Shown: in pieces, positions 48,547 through 53,757 of the stretch
How the letters are laid out: the number at the start of each line of letters is the position of its first letter
Numbering within the stretch: position 1 is the first letter of the stretch
Assembly (NCBI GenBank): GCA_963575745.1
Contig: CAUYUJ010000288.1
Coordinates: forward strand, 62,001-115,757
Direction of reading: 5' to 3'
DNA: 53,757 nucleotides
Origin: Prorocentrum cordatum
Taxonomy: Eukaryota
Made by a program: the position numbers and the translations under genes
The notes under the pieces: model-generated
Databases searched by the model: none
What the model saw: the letters and a program-made list of their open reading frames with translations, nothing else
What the model was told of the DNA's origin: nothing

Positions 48547-51500
48547 ACACCTGCAGCCGCACTGCTTCGACATCGCTCGCTGCCTCCGTCGACCAACTCC
48601 GCGCCCCCACCATGCGCAGGCGGGGCGCCGCCGAGTCAGCCGTCACAAGTCTTCACCAGCGTGTTATTCCTTCCGAGGGCGCTGAACGACAAACAGCAGC
48701 ATGTCTCGCAGACATCCAACTCCAGCTCGCTATCGCGGAAGCCCAACTACTACTTGCAATCGACGCAGTCTCTCTGGCGGGCTGGCATTGTGCCCCCGAC
48801 CCATCGATCTAGCCCATCGGCTGCCCAGAGATCGTCTCCCCGCAGGCGGTCTACCAGGGCATCGCGCAGTGGATCGCCGAAGTGGGGCTCGGGCCCAGCA
48901 TAGTCCAGTTGGTCGGCGACGCCCCCCAACCCCTTGGAGGTCGAACGCTCGCCCCACCTCGCTCGACAGCACTGGCCAGAGCCTTCAAATTTGCATGAGG
49001 TCGATGGCGCGACTTTTCCACCGACGCTGCTGCGGGGCCGAGAGTGCTTCTCTATTTCAGTGCTGACCGCAGCTGACCGCAGCCCCAAACATATCAGAAG
49101 AGAGATCCAGACGAGGCGTCTACATCGCCTGCTCTATGACTCGTGTCCCGACGAGCAGTTCCAGGCGCCCAAATCCAAGGGTCGCGTCGTCCTGGGTGGC
49201 GTTCCATTGGCCAAGTTGGAGATCGGCGAATGCATCGACGCCAAGGCGAAACTGGCGTTCGACACGCAGCCCGCCGCCCACCGCGGGCTCGGCGAGGGCC
49301 GCGTCGCGGCCGGCGCCCACTCGTGCTGCGCGGAGGATCGCGGCATGCCGCGGGGGCGACGCGTGCTCGGCCCCGCGGACCTCGACGGCGCCCCTGGCTC
49401 GTGGCGCGCGCGTCGCTGCGCGGGGCGCCAGCGGCCTGGCCCCCCGCGGCCCTCGCTGGCGCAAGCAGGAGATCCAGACCCTCGAGACCTGCTTGCAGCA
49501 GAAGGTCATCATTGCAGCGGGAGGGGTTCATGGCAATGCTTCGCGTCTGCGGCGCCTCCTGGGCCCCCCCCCCCCTTGCTCGCGCCCCGCTTCCTTCGGC
49601 GGCTCCGAGAGGGCGGGCAAAGGTGGCGTAGCTTTCCTGCTCCTCGGCCATCCTTCGACCCAGGTTGTGGGCGACGCTGCCGAGTCCGAGTCTCCCGGCG
49701 CCCCCGACTGCTCCGTCTCGGAGGCCGGCGAAACTTCTGGCTCTTCGGGCCCCGCCTCCATTCCCACCTTCTCGTCATCGTCGAGCATTTCAGGCACTTC
49801 ATCGCCCCCTGCGTCGGGGGCCTCGGCGCGCCCGCCGCCCGCTGGTAGCTGTCGCCCCCCAGCTTCCCCACTGCCTCGCCAGGGTGGGCAAATTTGCCGA
49901 CGTCGTCAGCCGCCGCCGCCGCCTCGCTGTCAACAACGGCCGCGCCAATCGCGCTGAGATGTTCCGCAGCGGGGGGGGCCGCCTCGCCATCGCGAACACT
50001 CGCGGCCGCGATCTCGAGCCTCAGCGCCGCGGGGATCTTCGGCTTGACTGGCCCTGTCTGCAGCGGTGGGCCGCGGCCGCCCCCCCGCGACGGGCCCCTC
50101 GCTGCGCCCGGCGACTTCGACGTGCGCGACGGGCCCCCATCGCGATTCAGTGCACCATCGGCAAGCGCGCCATCTCCGACAGCCCCTTCGCCAGGCTTGA
50201 ACGTCGCTGCTCCGTCGGACAATCAGCGCCAAGACTCGTTTTGGAATCGCTCGCTTGGCAGCGCGGCGGAGATCGAGAATGGCCGCTCGGCGAGGTTTGA
50301 CCGCCGCGCGTTCATGGCCGCGGGGATTGACCGAGCAGCGGCCAATCTTCCTGCTCATGTCACACGGAAGTCGTCCGTGCATCTACACGTGGTTCAAGGA
50401 GCGGCTATTATGAGCGATGCCCGCGCGAGTGACCGCTGCGCCCCATCGATGCGCGCGGCGCCGGCGGATCCAGCGCGGGGCGAGTGCCGGCGTATCCCAG
50501 ACTTCTCTTCAAGTTGCTGCAGTTCAAACGTCACTGTGATCTCCAGCAACCCCTTCTCCAACCTGCAAGGCCGCTCGCCTGATCGCCGTCGTCGGATCGC
50601 GGGGGGCAGCGTGACCGGCGCGGCGAAGCTCACCAGGGGACTTCCTCGCCGCCGTGCCAGGTTCTAGGCGGCAGCCCGCGATTGCGGCACTCGCCATCAC
50701 CGCGCGCTCCATTTCCCGAGCGACGTGGCGACGAGACACTCGACTCGCGGCCGACCTCATCCAGCGCGCGGAGCTGGGCAAGGAACAGCTGGGCATCGAG
50801 GGCGGCTCCGTCGCGCTGAACAACTAGACCAGCTTCGCAGCTTCGGCGGCGCCCACTCACCGCCCGCGCGCCGCATTTCCTCAAAAGGAGGCGCGGGCCC
50901 AAGCCGCCGAAGCAGCGCGCTTTCCGCAGAGGGCGCGCGACCTCGAGCACGTTAGGAAGCGGCAGCATCTGCTCCAGCGTCGGAGCCGCTCGCGGGCGCC
51001 CTTTGCCCCCTGGCCGCAGCTCGAGGGCATCGAGACTGCGCGGGGAGAACCGCTCGCCGGGGGCCCCGACAGCGCGCCGAAGGCGCCGACGGACCAGCGG
51101 GGGCCGATCTCAGCGGTCAAGCTCATCAACCACGCCGAGCTCGACCAGTTCCTCGACGCCCCCGCCCCCTCGGGCACCGGAGGCGCGCCTTCCGCTGCCA
51201 GCCGCTGCCTCGGCAACGCACGCAGCCGGGGCCGCTCGCCACTCGGCGCCCGACCCTGACCAGACCCCGCGCAGAGCCTGGCTGGCCGTCGAGGGCAGCT
51301 TCGCCCTGCTCGAGGACGTAGCATGGGACTTCTTCGAATTCGGTTTCGCTTCGGAGGGTTTCGGAAGCCCGCTCTTCAACATCGCCCCGAAGGGGTCGGG
51401 GCCCGACTACCTGGCGCACTGCGTTCGGGAAGCGGGGGCTCTCAGCCCCCTCGCGTGCATCGGCGCAGACTCCAAGATCATCGCGCCCGCGACGAATCGC

Positions 51501-52880
51501 CAGGTGGCCAAGCAGGTCGCCCCACGTGCCCACGTGATTCAACGGGGCTTCATGAGGGGCATACATTCACGCCAGAACATCATACAGCTCGACGGCGAAG
51601 CCCGCGCCGCAGGCCTCCGGGCGGCTGCGCAGCACGCGACGCCGATGATCCTCACGTTCGACATCGCGGCCGCCTTCCCTTCCCGTGGCAGACGGTGGCT
51701 GTTCGGTGCCCTCGGACGCTTCGGGCTCCCCCTCCTCCTCCTCCTCCTCCTCCTCCTTCTCCTCCTCCTCCTCCTCCCCCTCCTCCTCCTCCTCCTCCTC
51801 CTCCTCCTCCTCCTCCTCCTCCTCCTCCTCTCCCCCGTGGCTTCATCGACGCGTTCCGCGGCCTCCGCGACGGGGCTGAGGGCAGGGTCTTGCTAGGGGG
51901 CGCCCACCGCCGCCTCTGTGACGTCGCTGGGGGCGCGGTCCAAGGAAGTCCCCCCTCGGGCTCGGCGCGGGCTGTGGTGATGGACCCCGTCCCGCGCGCC
52001 GACATCCTCCCCGCCCAAGCTGAAGGAACCGTTGGTGTCTGCGCCCGTGGCGTGGGCGCGGTCAATCGCAGCTAGGAAACCTTGCCGAAGAGCACCACAA
52101 TCTTTGACGATGCGTATGGGCCGGGCAACCTCCAGCCGCCGCAGAAGAAGAGCCTCCTCGTTCCTCTCTTGCAGGCCCTCGACGAGCGGCTGATCGCCGA
52201 GTTCGAGTCGTTCCTTTCCGTGGGAGTGCCCCAAGAGACTGGCATCCAGATCAAGGACGTCGGCAATCTCCTAGGGAGCCAGCTGGGCCCCGGGGCAGCT
52301 CCCGAAGCTCAATGGACTGAAGCGGCGGAGATACGCGGCATCGAGCGGTGCGCACAGGGCATTCGTCCGCCCCTGTCGACATCGACGTGCGACTCTACGG
52401 CGCCTACTTCCTGTCGATGATGTCCTACTTCATATAGTTCTACCCGCTCCCCAACAAGCGCGCCATGACGGAACCCCACGCCCTTTGCAACGTATTCGAC
52501 GCGCGCTATGGCAGCGGGCTCGATCTGGATAATGGCTTAGTTCACGACCTCAGCCTGGCACGACACCTACGAGAGGCTCGAGCAGCAGGCCATGACGAAC
52601 ATCGGGCTGCCCGCCTTCGCTGCTGATGAGTGGGGCCAGCCGTTTCGGCGCACCCTGGAGTCCACCGTTCAGCGCTGCTTCCTGGTGGTCAACTCAAGCC
52701 GATCGACACTCCTGCCCGATTGCATTGTGATCTTGAGGTGTATGCTGGCGCTGCTATATGCGCGGTGGCGGCGTCGTTCGAGGATGGTTGGCGCTCGCGC
52801 CCTCAAGGGATCTTCGCGCGTACCCTGCCAGCGAGATGGTTCTCCGACAGATCCCACCTTAACATCGGACAGAGCGCGTT
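48470..52880 (+). mobile_element. Decayed LINE: ORF1-like region, APE endonuclease and RT remnants
   Basis: EN-like GDFD, GIDR and SD(R)C at ~50100-50440. RT-like SAPDPD..AW, LSPLA..ADSKIIA, QRGF..NI..LD, FDIAAAFPS and QGSPPSG at ~51240-51960. Multiple stops and frameshifts. The ORF1 assignment (48470-49330) is positional only. Confidence 0.85.
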
Positions 52881-53018
52881 CTGTGGTCGCTTGAAGGGGT
52901 GGTGGTGGTGGTGGTTGGAACCAGACCTCCCCCCCCCTCCCTTCCCCTACTTCTCCTCTCTCCCTCTCCTCGCGCCGGCGCCGGCGTCGTCGGCGGCTGG
53001 CGGCGGCGGCGGGGGTGC

Positions 53019-53757
53019 AGGTGGTGGTGGTAGTGGCGGTGGTGGTGGTGGTGGTGGTGGTGGTGAGGTGGTTTGTGGTGGTTGCAGCGGTGGTGGTGGG
53101 TTATGCTGCTGGTAGTAGTGGTGGTGGTTCTGGTGGTGGTGGTGGTGTGGTAGATTGTGGTCATGGTGGTGGTGGTAGTGGTGGTGGGTTGTTGTATTGG
53201 TGGTGGTGATGGTGAGCTGTTGTGGTGGTGGTGGTGGTGGTGGAGGCTGTGGTGGTGGTGATTGTGTGGTGGTTTAGTGGTGGTGGTGGGTTGAGGTGGT
53301 GATTATGTTGGTCGTGGTGGTGGTGGCGGTGTTGGTGGTGGCGTGGTGGTTTGTGGTGGTGGTGGTGGTGGTGGTGGTAGGCTGTGGTGTTGGTGGTGGT
53401 GCTGCTGCTGCTGGTAGTGGTGCTGGTGGTGGTGGGTGGTGGGTGGTGGGTGGTGGGTGGTGGGTGGTGGGTGGTGGGTGGTGGGTTGTGGTGGTGGTGG
53501 TTGTGGTGCTGTGGTGATTTTTGGTGGTGGTGGTGGTGGTGGGATGGTTGTGGTGATGGTGGCGGTTGTGGCGGTGGTGGTGATGGTAATGGTGGTGGTG
53601 GTTTGTGGTGGTGGTGATGGTGGTTGTGGTGGGTTGTGGTCGGTTGTGGTGGTGCTGGTGGTGGTGCCGTTTTTGGTGGTGGTGGTGGTGGTGGTGGTGG
53701 TGGGATGGTTTGTGGTGATGGTGGTGGTTGTGGTGAGGGTGGGTTGTGGTGGTTGTG
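53019..53757. repeat. Imperfect (GGT)n tract
   Basis: Direct inspection. Confidence 0.95.

Noticed and set aside
53019..53757. G-rich terminal tract as a telomere
   Set aside because: The unit is GGT, not the TTTAGGG-type telomeric repeat.

Overview
Eukaryotic, GC-rich, repeat-dense DNA with long (GGA/CCT)n tracts. It is most likely a dinoflagellate (Prorocentrum-like). This is inferred from the GA/GC 5' splice donors and a relic of the dinoflagellate spliced leader, not from a database match. Most ORFs in the six-frame track are microsatellite artefacts. One real multi-exon gene can be reconstructed by hand on the + strand (at least 18181-31969, 12 in-phase exons, ~780 aa, 5' exons uncertain). 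It encodes a kynurenine-3-monooxygenase-like FAD-dependent monooxygenase fused to two C-terminal cyclic-nucleotide-binding-like domains whose cAMP-contacting residues are substituted. One of its introns (22999-23178) is exactly a ~175-bp mobile element plus its 5-bp target-site duplication (TSD), which supplies both splice sites (introner-type intron gain). Two sister copies of this element sit in other introns. The window also holds two decayed LINE retrotransposons, a spliced-leader relic upstream of a decayed ORF, several MITE families with TIRs/TSDs, and a ~0.9-kb microsatellite-bounded element carrying an ~84-bp minisatellite. Several GGA tracts look like insertions flanked by direct repeats. 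There is a 100-N assembly gap.
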